64,000 bases of DNA from a virus (taxonomy: Duplodnaviria; Caudoviricetes). How positions within the stretch are numbered: the first letter of the stretch is position 1; every line of letters begins with the position of its first letter. The notes under the pieces were generated by a model that was given only the letters and a program-made list of their open reading frames with translations, did no database searches and was not told the DNA's origin. Below, piece by piece: positions 34,862 through 44,229 of the stretch. The DNA lies in the IMG/VR virus record IMGVR_UViG_3300042892_002922, positions 128,001 to 192,000 of that record. One strand, written 5' to 3'. The position numbers and the translations under genes were made by a program.

Positions 34862-36004
34862 ATGGGTGTTTCAATAAGATTAATTAATATTAGTGGGTCA
34901 ACATCGTATAGCGTGGCGTATTCAACCTCGCCATACGGTTCATTTACAACAGCTCTTACAGGTACGACATCCACAGCAACAATTAGTGGTGCCCCATTTG
35001 AATTCGACACGCAATATTATATTAAACTGACAGATTTGGTTACAAATAGATATATTATTGAAAATATATATATTCACGATAGTAAAGCATACCCATTATA
35101 TGATACAATTGATTTTGATTTAAGTGCTTCATGTGTTCCACCACCATTAACACCAACAGCAACACCTACTTTAACATTAACACAAACACCTACACAAACA
35201 TTAACTGCTAGTATTGGGTTAACACCAACAGCGACACCTACTTTAACATTAACGCAAACACCTACGGCTAGTTTGGCTGAACCATTGCCAGGTTGTGGTG
35301 ATACATTGACAGGAACTTATATTCCAACAGGTTTTACGATTCAAACACAAGCATTAGATTTATCTGAAGCTACTGATGAATCAATAATAAGTGTTGGGTA
35401 CGTTGCGTATGATAGACCAAATAGATTTAATATTTACGGAAATGGGATGTTAATTGAGGATAGCGGATGGGTAGGTGCGGATAACACATATTTTGGACCA
35501 TGGGGAACTGCGGGAAGTTTAACAGATCCAGATGGTACCGGTTCGTTCACATTTACATATCAAAGTGGAATGTCTTATGAATTACGTGTTGACGTTGGTC
35601 CGGCGAATCCACTTGCCGATCCGGCTTATCCTTCTGATGGATGGTCGGTTACATTTACTTGTTTAGGATCACCAACACCAACTCCGACACCGACACTGAC
35701 AGCATCACTTGGTCAATGTTACACATATCGTGTTGCACAAGCTGCGCCTGTTAGCACAACAGAATATGGTATAAGATACAGATATCCTGGATCACTTTCA
35801 ACTGACAATCGCCTCGAAACTTTGTATCAAGGGATAGCAACAATTGAGGGTGTTGATTATTTCACATATTCAATATGTAGTTCGGAGGAACCAACGTGGC
35901 TTGCGATGACAACCCCTAGTTCGGGAACTGGTACGACAGTTCCAAATGGTGTTTATAGATTCGGGCCATTAGGAGGATGTAGTGGTAATCCAGAATGTAT
36001 ATAA
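34862..36004 (+). CDS. Virion appendage protein with short TPT linkers
   Basis: Has its own TATTTAT. Beta-rich domains separated by TPTATPT linkers; YDRPNRFNIY motif. Confidence 0.6.
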   Translation: MGVSIRLINISGSTSYSVAYSTSPYGSFTTALTGTTSTATISGAPFEFDTQYYIKLTDLVTNRYIIENIYIHDSKAYPLYDTIDFDLSASCVPPPLTPTATPTLTLTQTPTQTLTASIGLTPTATPTLTLTQTPTASLAEPLPGCGDTLTGTYIPTGFTIQTQALDLSEATDESIISVGYVAYDRPNRFNIYGNGMLIEDSGWVGADNTYFGPWGTAGSLTDPDGTGSFTFTYQSGMSYELRVDVGPANPLADPAYPSDGWSVTFTCLGSPTPTPTPTLTASLGQCYTYRVAQAAPVSTTEYGIRYRYPGSLSTDNRLETLYQGIATIEGVDYFTYSICSSEEPTWLAMTTPSSGTGTTVPNGVYRFGPLGGCSGNPECI

Positions 36005-36016
36005 TATTTATTAATA

Positions 36017-36307
36017 ATGGCAACATATAATATAACAATATCGAATATAAGCGGAAGCACAACACCGTGTAGTGTTTATAACATTTATACCGGAACTACT
36101 TGGGAAACAATACCAACAACACCGCTTTTTTCTGATGTTGCCATACCATTAAATGGAAAAACATTTCAAATAATATATTCTGGCGCATCAAAATATGTTT
36201 GTGTTTTTGTTGAACATTGCGATGACCATATAACACCAGTACCAAATGCAACGCCTAAAAAACAGGGGGGATATCAAATAAGATTAGTGGAATTAATTCC
36301 ATGTTAA
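36017..36307 (+). CDS. Small virion protein
   Basis: 96 aa ORF after TATTTAT. Confidence 0.65.
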   Translation: MATYNITISNISGSTTPCSVYNIYTGTTWETIPTTPLFSDVAIPLNGKTFQIIYSGASKYVCVFVEHCDDHITPVPNATPKKQGGYQIRLVELIPC

Positions 36308-36317
36308 AGATAAATAA

Positions 36318-37823
36318 ATGGCTAAAGGAGTAACAATAAATTTTACAATAGATTCGGATCATTCACAATCAAATTTTCCTCAATATGTTTATACTGGGTT
36401 AACTGCTGATAATGTGACTGGAACTACAATATGTAATGGGATAACCGCTAGCAGTTGTGCTTTAACAGGTTTAAGCGACACTTTAACACAAGTTTATGTA
36501 AAGATTAATTGCAATGGTTGTGACGACCAAATATTTTTGGTTTCATTAGTAGACCCAACACCAACAGCTACACCAACACCAACTTTAACAGCGACAGCTA
36601 CAAATACACCAACAAGTACACCTACTCAAACACCTACAAACACAACAACCGAAGGTGCGACCCCAACGGCCACGCCAACATTAACGCTAACAGCTACACC
36701 GACAAATACAACATCATCGGTTATAGACCCAACTCAAACAAGTACACCAACTCAAACACCGACAAATACTCAAACAAGCACACCAAGTGCAACATATGTT
36801 TACTATAAACTAAGACCTTGTGAGTATCAAGGATTTACTGGATATTTGGATGGCGATTATGATGTTTGGTCATATTCATTAGTTTCTGGAACATTTAGTA
36901 GTGGTGACAGAGTTGAAGGTAGTGCGAGTTACTATTATGTTGTTATGGGTTCTCAAATGGCAACTACTGACCCAACAGGTGGCGGTACGAAATATACCGT
37001 ATATGCTGTTGAGGGTGAAACAGGTTGTCCGGCACCACCACCATCAGCAACATTAAGAACGGCATATTTAACAGCGGCGTGGGCACATGATGGTTCAGTG
37101 GGTTATATACAACAATTAGCAGATACATGTGGATTATACCCATACCAAGCATCGTCATTGGGGTATACAGGTTTAACACAAGGTGGATCAACATCTTTCT
37201 ATGTTAATGAGGCGTCAATTGTACCAGGAACAATATACACATTATATGATTCAAATATAAGTGGTGGTGGTAATGTTGTAAATGGTGGTGACAAGTACTA
37301 CTCAATATTAATATATGGTAGTGGAAGTACATTCAACTATGTTGTTCGTATAAGTAGTTCGGGAGAATTAAGTGAATGGAATTATTGTACCACACCAACA
37401 CAAACACCAACTCCAACACCAACATTAACAGCAACACCGACATTAACACCTAGTGCGGCCGGGGCACCGGGGTCAGCATGTATTCAAATAACAGAATATT
37501 CTTCACAAGGTACCACTGAATGTTTATCTAATACTGTACCATATTTCTATACCGTTATTACAGCATTATTAACTGATGGTAATGGTAATGCAATGAATGC
37601 TGTTGGTGATGTATATGCCTATGTTAATGTTACGGTAGATGTCCTTTACCAGCAGGAAAATACATATGAATATCCAATTGAAATAAGTAGTGGAACAAGT
37701 TCGGGCACGCTTACCATTGATACATCAGTACCTGTAGATAATGGACAAGGTAATTGTGAAAATGAAACAAGAGTAATAAATTCTTATAGTGCACAAGTCG
37801 GATATAGTATATGCGCACCTTAA
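36318..37823 (+). CDS. Virion appendage protein with TPT linkers and Cys-rich domains
   Basis: TPT tracts, YYKLRPC, CNGCDD and GNCENET motifs. Confidence 0.65.
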   Translation: MAKGVTINFTIDSDHSQSNFPQYVYTGLTADNVTGTTICNGITASSCALTGLSDTLTQVYVKINCNGCDDQIFLVSLVDPTPTATPTPTLTATATNTPTSTPTQTPTNTTTEGATPTATPTLTLTATPTNTTSSVIDPTQTSTPTQTPTNTQTSTPSATYVYYKLRPCEYQGFTGYLDGDYDVWSYSLVSGTFSSGDRVEGSASYYYVVMGSQMATTDPTGGGTKYTVYAVEGETGCPAPPPSATLRTAYLTAAWAHDGSVGYIQQLADTCGLYPYQASSLGYTGLTQGGSTSFYVNEASIVPGTIYTLYDSNISGGGNVVNGGDKYYSILIYGSGSTFNYVVRISSSGELSEWNYCTTPTQTPTPTPTLTATPTLTPSAAGAPGSACIQITEYSSQGTTECLSNTVPYFYTVITALLTDGNGNAMNAVGDVYAYVNVTVDVLYQQENTYEYPIEISSGTSSGTLTIDTSVPVDNGQGNCENETRVINSYSAQVGYSICAP

Positions 37824-37854
37824 TGATAAAAATAAAAAAAGATATTTATAACAT

Positions 37855-39957
37855 ATGAGCTTTTTAAACAGTAATAATTCAGAATTTTTAACAGCAAGAA
37901 TTACCCAAAAAGGTAGAAAATCTATCGCTGAGGGTAATTTTGTAATAAGTTATTTCCAAATAGGTGATTCTGAATTTGATTACAACTTCACAGGATTCAC
38001 TGGGAATGGTGTAACACCACATCAAAAAGTGTTGGCGCCAATGGATAAAGATGCTCAAGTAAAGTATCCATATAAATTAACATCATCTGAAAGTTTAACA
38101 TACGGTAACCCAATAAAACAAAATACGTTAGATACAATTAAAAATGTTATGGGACCGGCAGGTTTCGTTTCAGATTACGTTGAATATGATTCAGTGGATT
38201 GTACTGGAACAACAATTGCATGTGAGATACAAGAAATATCGTTATCACAAGTTGATGGTACTAATTTATTAACAGTTTTAACTGGTGCAACATACAATGG
38301 TTGTGAATATGTCACAATTCTTTTTAACAGTAGAACCTGCGGTGAGATACCAACATTAACTGGTGAAACAAATAGTTTGGTTTATAAAATTACAGGTATA
38401 ACGGGTAATGAATTAGCGTTTGATAGAATTATGCCAAACTTCTCATCATTAAGTGGTTACGCACAAGTGATATGTCACAATTGTGATGTTGAGTTTGGGT
38501 CTGATACTACAGCAACAACTGTTTGTTCACCATCACCCGTAGATCCATCAGCAGCACATGATCCATGGAGAATGGAAATCGTTTGGACAGAAAAACCAGC
38601 AGGATTAAATGCATCAAATGAAAGTTTAACAGGATATACTGGGACACAATACGCATCAACAAAAGAATATTTAGGATATAATAGTATATCAGGTCAAACA
38701 TTTACAAATTTTACTGGAGGAACACTATCAACACCAACAACATTTGTTAATTCATTTGGTGAAGAAGTTAATGTTAAACCAGAAGACCAAAGAGTAATAG
38801 CAATATTACATTACTCAGAATTAGGAGATTCGGTTAACGACCCTGAAAGATTTTTTAAATACGATGATTACATCGCATCTGAAACTGAAGATGATATTTT
38901 AAGTTTCGAAGTGTACATTCCGTTTATGTTATATCATAGAAATACTGGTACCACTATTGGTGCAGTGTTTACTATGGATGAAACAAATTATTATGTAACA
39001 TCAAGTAAGAACGATAAACCAAATACTAATAATGTTGTATTCAGATATCTTTTAGATGAACAAGGTTATAAAGTTGGTAAAGTTTTCACAGGTAAAAAGA
39101 TAATAGTATTTGATGACCAAGAAATTATAGCAGCATTAGAATACAAATCAAATAGAAGATTCACACTACCTTCACCAAGAGTTAGTGCAGTTCCGGTGGA
39201 TTTACCATGTACTGTTGGGGATCAGCCAATGATAACAAGTGGTGAAACAGCATATATCACATATGAATTAGAACTAACAGGAAATACAGCATTAAGTGGG
39301 ATACATTGTAATTACTATAATAGTGTTACTGGTATATCTGTGAATGCATCAATTAAATTCAATACTGATGATTTCAAGTATATGAATAATAATGCCAATT
39401 TAGTTGGTAGCACCAGCGGATTTAGAGCAAATAAGTTTAAAGCATTAGTTCAAATAGTTTCAGGAAGTACACAACCAGAATCAGATTCTTGGACTGTAAT
39501 AGATTTAACAGACCAAATACCTAACCACACAGTTGGTAGTTTAATTGATCCTGATAATTTATGTGACTATCAGTTTGTTATCGGTCAAGATATGTTAGAT
39601 GGTGGTTCTTTATATTCAATCGGAACAAATACGTCAACAACAGATAATTTAATTGGTTATCAACCAACATTAACTAGCGGTGATGCTACACTTCCACAAT
39701 TTGGTGATAGTCAACCATTTCCAGGTAGTGTTAAGTTAACCAGAGCATCTGATTTAGAGGTTATGACGTTTATGATTAACCTACCGTCATCACAATTCAC
39801 ACAAACTCAGAATCCTACGTATATTTCTGGTGCAACTAAAAGAATTACAGAGGTAGCATTACTAGACGCAAGTAAAAATGTATTGGCGATGTCAAAAACA
39901 GCTAAACCAGTTATAAGGTCTGGAGTACAAGTTTTTGCACTAAAAATTGATTTTTAA
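37855..39957 (+). CDS. Baseplate/tail structural protein
   Basis: N-terminal TARITQKGRKSIAEG..ISYFQIGDSE and C-terminal ITEVALLD...LAMSK.AKP resemble wedge and fibre-attachment proteins. Preceded by TATTTAT. Confidence 0.65.
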   Translation: MSFLNSNNSEFLTARITQKGRKSIAEGNFVISYFQIGDSEFDYNFTGFTGNGVTPHQKVLAPMDKDAQVKYPYKLTSSESLTYGNPIKQNTLDTIKNVMGPAGFVSDYVEYDSVDCTGTTIACEIQEISLSQVDGTNLLTVLTGATYNGCEYVTILFNSRTCGEIPTLTGETNSLVYKITGITGNELAFDRIMPNFSSLSGYAQVICHNCDVEFGSDTTATTVCSPSPVDPSAAHDPWRMEIVWTEKPAGLNASNESLTGYTGTQYASTKEYLGYNSISGQTFTNFTGGTLSTPTTFVNSFGEEVNVKPEDQRVIAILHYSELGDSVNDPERFFKYDDYIASETEDDILSFEVYIPFMLYHRNTGTTIGAVFTMDETNYYVTSSKNDKPNTNNVVFRYLLDEQGYKVGKVFTGKKIIVFDDQEIIAALEYKSNRRFTLPSPRVSAVPVDLPCTVGDQPMITSGETAYITYELELTGNTALSGIHCNYYNSVTGISVNASIKFNTDDFKYMNNNANLVGSTSGFRANKFKALVQIVSGSTQPESDSWTVIDLTDQIPNHTVGSLIDPDNLCDYQFVIGQDMLDGGSLYSIGTNTSTTDNLIGYQPTLTSGDATLPQFGDSQPFPGSVKLTRASDLEVMTFMINLPSSQFTQTQNPTYISGATKRITEVALLDASKNVLAMSKTAKPVIRSGVQVFALKIDF

Positions 39958-39994
39958 CCATTTACATTTTTAATATCTATAGTTATTCTTGTTT

Positions 39995-40591
39995 ATGGAA
40001 ACAAAATTCAAAAACAAATCTAAAATTTTAGGATTAGATATCTCAACCAAAACTATTGGTTGGGCACTATTCGATTTAGCCGGTAAGAAGTTGTTAGAGT
40101 TAACACATTTCTCACCAAAGGTTAAACCCCTACCAGAAGACAAATTAGAGGAATTAATGAAAAAAGCGGATGCTTTCAAGAAACAACTTGAGGGTTATCG
40201 TGATATGGGTATTGTTAAAGTTATCATTGAAGAACCATTATTAAATTCTAATAATATCTACACAGTAGGTACATTATTAAGATATAACACAATGATTTGC
40301 AAGATAGTATACGATATTTTGGGTATTGTTCCGACATTTATTTCCACATATAATGCAAGAAAATTTGCGTTCCCAGATTTAGTTGGTCCAAATGATAAAG
40401 GTAGAAATGTTCTATTTGGCGGTTATCCTAAAGATATTGATAAGAAACATGTGGTTTGGGAACACGTAAACGCTGTTTGCCCAGAAGTTACTTGGTTATA
40501 TGGTAAAACCGGTTCATTAAGAAAAGAAAACTATGATATGAGTGATGCTGCAACAGCGGTAATCGGCTATATTAACATGTTAAAAGAATAA
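39995..40591 (+). CDS. ruvC: RuvC-like Holliday junction resolvase
   Basis: ILGLDIST.TIGWA, VIIEEP and YDMSDA catalytic motifs; located next to the primase. Confidence 0.8.
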   Translation: METKFKNKSKILGLDISTKTIGWALFDLAGKKLLELTHFSPKVKPLPEDKLEELMKKADAFKKQLEGYRDMGIVKVIIEEPLLNSNNIYTVGTLLRYNTMICKIVYDILGIVPTFISTYNARKFAFPDLVGPNDKGRNVLFGGYPKDIDKKHVVWEHVNAVCPEVTWLYGKTGSLRKENYDMSDAATAVIGYINMLKE

Positions 40592-40636
40592 GGCAACTAG
40601 TATTTTGTTATTAATTATTAATAGCGTATATTAGTA
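40592..40636 (+). promoter_or_regulatory. Bacteroidota-type promoter (TTTG-N19-TATATTAG) with an upstream GGCAAC box
   Basis: TTTG at 40604-40607 and TATATTAG at 40627-40634; a near-identical architecture occurs at 43840-43884. Confidence 0.6.
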
Positions 40637-40639
40637 TAC

Positions 40640-40716
40640 AATACAGCAAATCGGGTGCACAGAAATGTACATCTGGTTGGTGTTCCCCTGGGGTGGTGTC
40701 CAGGGGATTTTTTTTT
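40640..40716 (+). ncRNA. Candidate stand-alone small RNA (~77 nt)
   Basis: GC-rich island with no ORF, lying between a promoter and an intrinsic terminator; 12 bp hairpin closed by a GAAA tetraloop. Confidence 0.55.
40684..40716 (+). terminator. Rho-independent terminator
   Basis: TCCCCTGG/CCAGGGGA perfect 8 bp stem followed by 9 T. Confidence 0.85.
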
Positions 40717-40743
40717 CTCACATATTTTACATATATTAGGCAT

Positions 40744-41682
40744 ATGCCGGAAACCGAAATCGACTATTCAGCTATTGTTGACCTTTTAGAGGACATATTG
40801 GGAGAACCACATATGCACAATGACTATAGGTGTCAAATATCTTTTGACTGCCCTGTCTGCTCGTATGAGTTAAAGGGGTTAGATGAAGGGGATGGTAAGG
40901 GTAATTTAGAAATTAACTATCGTTTTGGGGTTTATAAGTGCTGGGCGTGTAGTGAAACACACGATACTCACGGTGGGCTATATAAGTTAATCAAAAAATA
41001 TGGTCGACCTAAACATACAAAACGTTATGAGTTATTGAGACCAGATGATATTGGTGAATTAAGAAAAGTAACTAAGGTTGCGAGGTTACCAAACGAGTAC
41101 ATTCCATTAAAAGACGCTAGTATGGGTTTAAAATTAACTCATTACTATAAACAGGCGATGAATTATTTACGTAGTAGAAATATTACTGACGAAATGATTG
41201 AAAAATATCGAATAGGATTTGCATACACTGGTTTATACGCTAGTAGAATCATAATCCCATCATATGGGCATGATTTAATGTTAAACTATTTCATTGCCAG
41301 ATCATATGCCCCAAACACTAAATTAAAATATAAAAATCCAGATGTCAGAAAAGAGGATTTGATTTTTAATGAACATTTGCTTGATTGGACTAAACCAATC
41401 AACATTGTTGAGGGCGCATTTGACAGTATATTCGTACCAAACTCAATACCATTACTTGGTAAATTTGTTAGTGAGTTTGTTTTCAATAAGATATATGATA
41501 ACGCAACCGGGATTACGATATTATTAGATGGAGATGCGTGGGAAGATGCACAAAGAGTATATCATAAATTAAATGGCGGTAGATTATTTGGTAAAGTTTG
41601 GATAGTAAAACTAGATATTGATAAAGATATCGCTGACTTACAAGGAAAATTAGAAAATTATAAACCCTTTCAATTAAAGTAA
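40744..41682 (+). CDS. DNA primase (zinc finger plus Toprim)
   Basis: CPVC...YKCWAC zinc finger, RIIIP, YFIAR, IVEGAFD and LLDGDA motifs. Start moved to ATG 40744, just after TATATTAG. Confidence 0.88.
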   Translation: MPETEIDYSAIVDLLEDILGEPHMHNDYRCQISFDCPVCSYELKGLDEGDGKGNLEINYRFGVYKCWACSETHDTHGGLYKLIKKYGRPKHTKRYELLRPDDIGELRKVTKVARLPNEYIPLKDASMGLKLTHYYKQAMNYLRSRNITDEMIEKYRIGFAYTGLYASRIIIPSYGHDLMLNYFIARSYAPNTKLKYKNPDVRKEDLIFNEHLLDWTKPINIVEGAFDSIFVPNSIPLLGKFVSEFVFNKIYDNATGITILLDGDAWEDAQRVYHKLNGGRLFGKVWIVKLDIDKDIADLQGKLENYKPFQLK

Positions 41683-41683
41683 C

Positions 41684-42541
41684 ATGGATTTAAAAGAAAT
41701 CTCGTTAGAGATAAATGAATTATTGACTAAAAGAAGAAATGAATTAGAACTCACCTTTGTTGAGGACAAACACATTTATTATATGAAGGATCTTGATGGT
41801 ATTGTCAGAGATGACTTCCCATCTGTTTCTAGAGTAATTAAAAGATTTCACAAAGCATTTGACGCACCGGCCAAAGCATTAGAAATGTCTAAAGGTGACA
41901 GGACGAAACAACAACAATTATTGGGTGAATGGCGAGCGGCTGGGGACTACTCAACAAATATGGGTAGTCGTGTTCACTATGTTTTAGAGTCGGAGACAAT
42001 CCAACGTTATGGTGGTTATAAAGAGGTTAGAGAACCAATTTTCAATTGTGATGAAAGTCAAATTATTAAAGGCGACAACATGATTAAAGCTGGTAATTCA
42101 TTTTTAGATTTAATGGCTGAACGTGGAGCAGTTCTATTAGATACTGAAATTATTTTAGGTGATAATGAGCTGGGCTATACGGGACAACCAGATAAGGTTT
42201 GGTTAATGATGAATAAGGATAACACCAATTACGGAATCGTAATTACTGATTGGAAAACAAATCAACCAAAAAACTTCGAGGTTCATCATTATACTGGTAA
42301 ATTGTATCCACCATTTAATGATTATCATGATAATGCATTAGGTCATTATTTTTTACAACTACCTCTTTATGTTCGTTTATTGTTAAAAATGTTAAGTGGA
42401 ACAAAATATGCCGATTTAAAATTACTAGGTGGTGTAATTGTATTATTAAAAGACGACGGAACATATGTTGAATATAAGGTACCGCCTGTTATTAGTTCAA
42501 CAATTTTAAGAATGGATTTAAGCAAATACACAAGAAAATGA
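41684..42541 (+). CDS. PD-(D/E)XK exonuclease (Cas4/RecB-like phage family)
   Basis: PSVS, GSRVH, E...GQPDKV, ITDWKT and QLPLY motifs. Confidence 0.8.
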   Translation: MDLKEISLEINELLTKRRNELELTFVEDKHIYYMKDLDGIVRDDFPSVSRVIKRFHKAFDAPAKALEMSKGDRTKQQQLLGEWRAAGDYSTNMGSRVHYVLESETIQRYGGYKEVREPIFNCDESQIIKGDNMIKAGNSFLDLMAERGAVLLDTEIILGDNELGYTGQPDKVWLMMNKDNTNYGIVITDWKTNQPKNFEVHHYTGKLYPPFNDYHDNALGHYFLQLPLYVRLLLKMLSGTKYADLKLLGGVIVLLKDDGTYVEYKVPPVISSTILRMDLSKYTRK

Positions 42542-43356
42542 TAAAAAAAATAATTCATATCGCAGATTTACACATCCGTACATATCAAATGCACGAGTTG
42601 TATAAAACACAGTTTGATAAGTTAATTGAAGAAGTACGTGAACATGCTGCACAATGGACTTCAGAAGGTATTCGATGGGAAGAAATTCGCATTGTAATTG
42701 CTGGTGACATAGCACATCAAAAGATTAATATATCCAACGAACAATTACTATTAACTAGTTGGTTCTTAAATCAACTATCAAGTTATGGTATGGTTGTTAT
42801 CATCCCTGGAAATCACGACTTCTTAGAGAATAACCACGAGCGTTTAGACAGCATAACACCTATTATAGAATTGTTAAACAATAAAAATATTGTTTATTAT
42901 AGAGACATGGGTGTTTATAAAGATGATAATGTTAATTGGGTTGTGTATTCATTATACCAACATAATCAACGACCTGAATTTGAAAAAGAAGAAGGTAAAC
43001 TACACATCGGATTATTTCACGGACCAATTCAAGGATTATCAACTGATTTAGGTTTTGAGTTTGAAGATGCATATGACCAATTAAATTTTAGAGATTTAGA
43101 TTTATTACTATGTGGCGACATTCACAAAAGACAAACCTTCACATTACCTAGCGGTGGTAAAGGTGTAATGATTGGTTCTTTAATACAACAGAATTTCGGT
43201 GAGACAGTTAATCATCATGGTTATGGCGTCTATGATGTTAATACAAACACATATGAGTTTAAAAACTTACAAGTTGAACAACCGTTTTTACATTTTAAAA
43301 TCACAGACATAAATGATATCGAAGAGCAAAAAGAGCATCTCGTTAATCTTGGATGA
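42538..43356 (+). CDS. sbcD: SbcD/Mre11/gp47-like metallophosphoesterase nuclease (short form)
   Basis: HIADLH, AGDIAH, PGNHD, FHG and CGDIHKRQ motifs. Confidence 0.88.
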   Translation: MIKKIIHIADLHIRTYQMHELYKTQFDKLIEEVREHAAQWTSEGIRWEEIRIVIAGDIAHQKINISNEQLLLTSWFLNQLSSYGMVVIIPGNHDFLENNHERLDSITPIIELLNNKNIVYYRDMGVYKDDNVNWVVYSLYQHNQRPEFEKEEGKLHIGLFHGPIQGLSTDLGFEFEDAYDQLNFRDLDLLLCGDIHKRQTFTLPSGGKGVMIGSLIQQNFGETVNHHGYGVYDVNTNTYEFKNLQVEQPFLHFKITDINDIEEQKEHLVNLG

Positions 43357-43834
43357 TGATTTTATACAATACTGCAAACTCAACAATATAGAGGATCAAC
43401 AATCATTTGCTAAAAGAATATTTAATCAAGGTTTCTCAATCATCAAGTACGGTGAAACCCCTAATGGGGTACAGGGTAAAGAGAAAATTGTGGAGAAGGA
43501 AGTTATCAAAGAAGTAATTGTTGAAAAGATTGTAGAGGTGGTGAAATTAGTAGAAGTCATCAAAGAAATACCTGTTGAGAAAATTGTGGAAATTATAAAA
43601 GAAGTTCCAGTTAAAACGAAAGGGGAAACTCAAATTGTAACTAAAGAAGTTATTAAAGAGGTCTTTGTAGATAAAATAATCCCAGATGTTGAAAAGGATA
43701 AAACAATTCAAAAACTAACAGAGGAAAATCAAAAACTCACAAATGATTTAAATAAAATAACCACAGCGTTGAATAAGATGGGTAAAGCCAAGTACCTTAA
43801 AAACAGCGACTTAAATGACTTGTATGGCGAATAA
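43313..43834 (+). CDS. Hypothetical protein with EKIVE/KEVPV repeats and a coiled coil
   Basis: Direct reading of the repeats. Confidence 0.7.
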   Translation: MISKSKKSISLILDDDFIQYCKLNNIEDQQSFAKRIFNQGFSIIKYGETPNGVQGKEKIVEKEVIKEVIVEKIVEVVKLVEVIKEIPVEKIVEIIKEVPVKTKGETQIVTKEVIKEVFVDKIIPDVEKDKTIQKLTEENQKLTNDLNKITTALNKMGKAKYLKNSDLNDLYGE

Positions 43835-43839
43835 AATCG

Positions 43840-43884
43840 GGCAACGGTTATTTTTTATTATGTGGTAAATAAAGTATATTAGTA
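43840..43884 (+). promoter_or_regulatory. Promoter with GGCAAC box and GTATATTAGTA
   Basis: Same spacing as 40592-40636. Confidence 0.55.
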
Positions 43885-43891
43885 AAAACAT

Positions 43892-44209
43892 ATGAATATG
43901 ACATTATTATTTTTCTGGGCTTTTATGGCTTACGGTATGACAACAATAATTGTTTACGGATCAATATTCGATAAACCTAGGGAGTTCATTAAGAGACACT
44001 CAAAATTTTTTGGAGATCTTGTTGGTTGTATGCTTTGTACATCAACTTGGTGCGGATTTTTCTTATCATTAGTTTTGGGCGGGCTGTCAACTAAAATATT
44101 TGACATTAATTGGATTCCAGCAATATTTTTTGATGGTATGTATACGGCCGGCATCGTCTGGGCTATAAACGGAATAGTTGAATTTTTTGAAGAAAGTAGA
44201 ATAAAATAA
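43892..44209 (+). CDS. Small membrane protein, DUF1360-like
   Basis: Three hydrophobic segments and a DLVGCMLCTSTW CxxC motif. Confidence 0.65.
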   Translation: MNMTLLFFWAFMAYGMTTIIVYGSIFDKPREFIKRHSKFFGDLVGCMLCTSTWCGFFLSLVLGGLSTKIFDINWIPAIFFDGMYTAGIVWAINGIVEFFEESRIK

Positions 44210-44229
44210 TATAAATAAAATAACAAAAA

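Noticed and set aside
39995-40716. RuvC gene plus adjacent small RNA as a TnpB/Cas12-like RNA-guided nuclease
   Set aside because: The protein is about 198 aa with an uninterrupted RuvC fold and no REC, WED or zinc-finger regions. It sits in typical resolvase context beside the primase, and the RNA has no evident guide segment.
40640-40716. tRNA, SRP RNA or c-di-GMP riboswitch
   Set aside because: No cloverleaf or T-loop, no SRP helix-8 internal loop, and only a fragment of the c-di-GMP-I consensus; kept as an unclassified sRNA candidate.
41684-42541. Cas4 of a CRISPR system
   Set aside because: No Fe-S Cys cluster, no other cas genes and no array; it is an ordinary phage PD-(D/E)XK nuclease.
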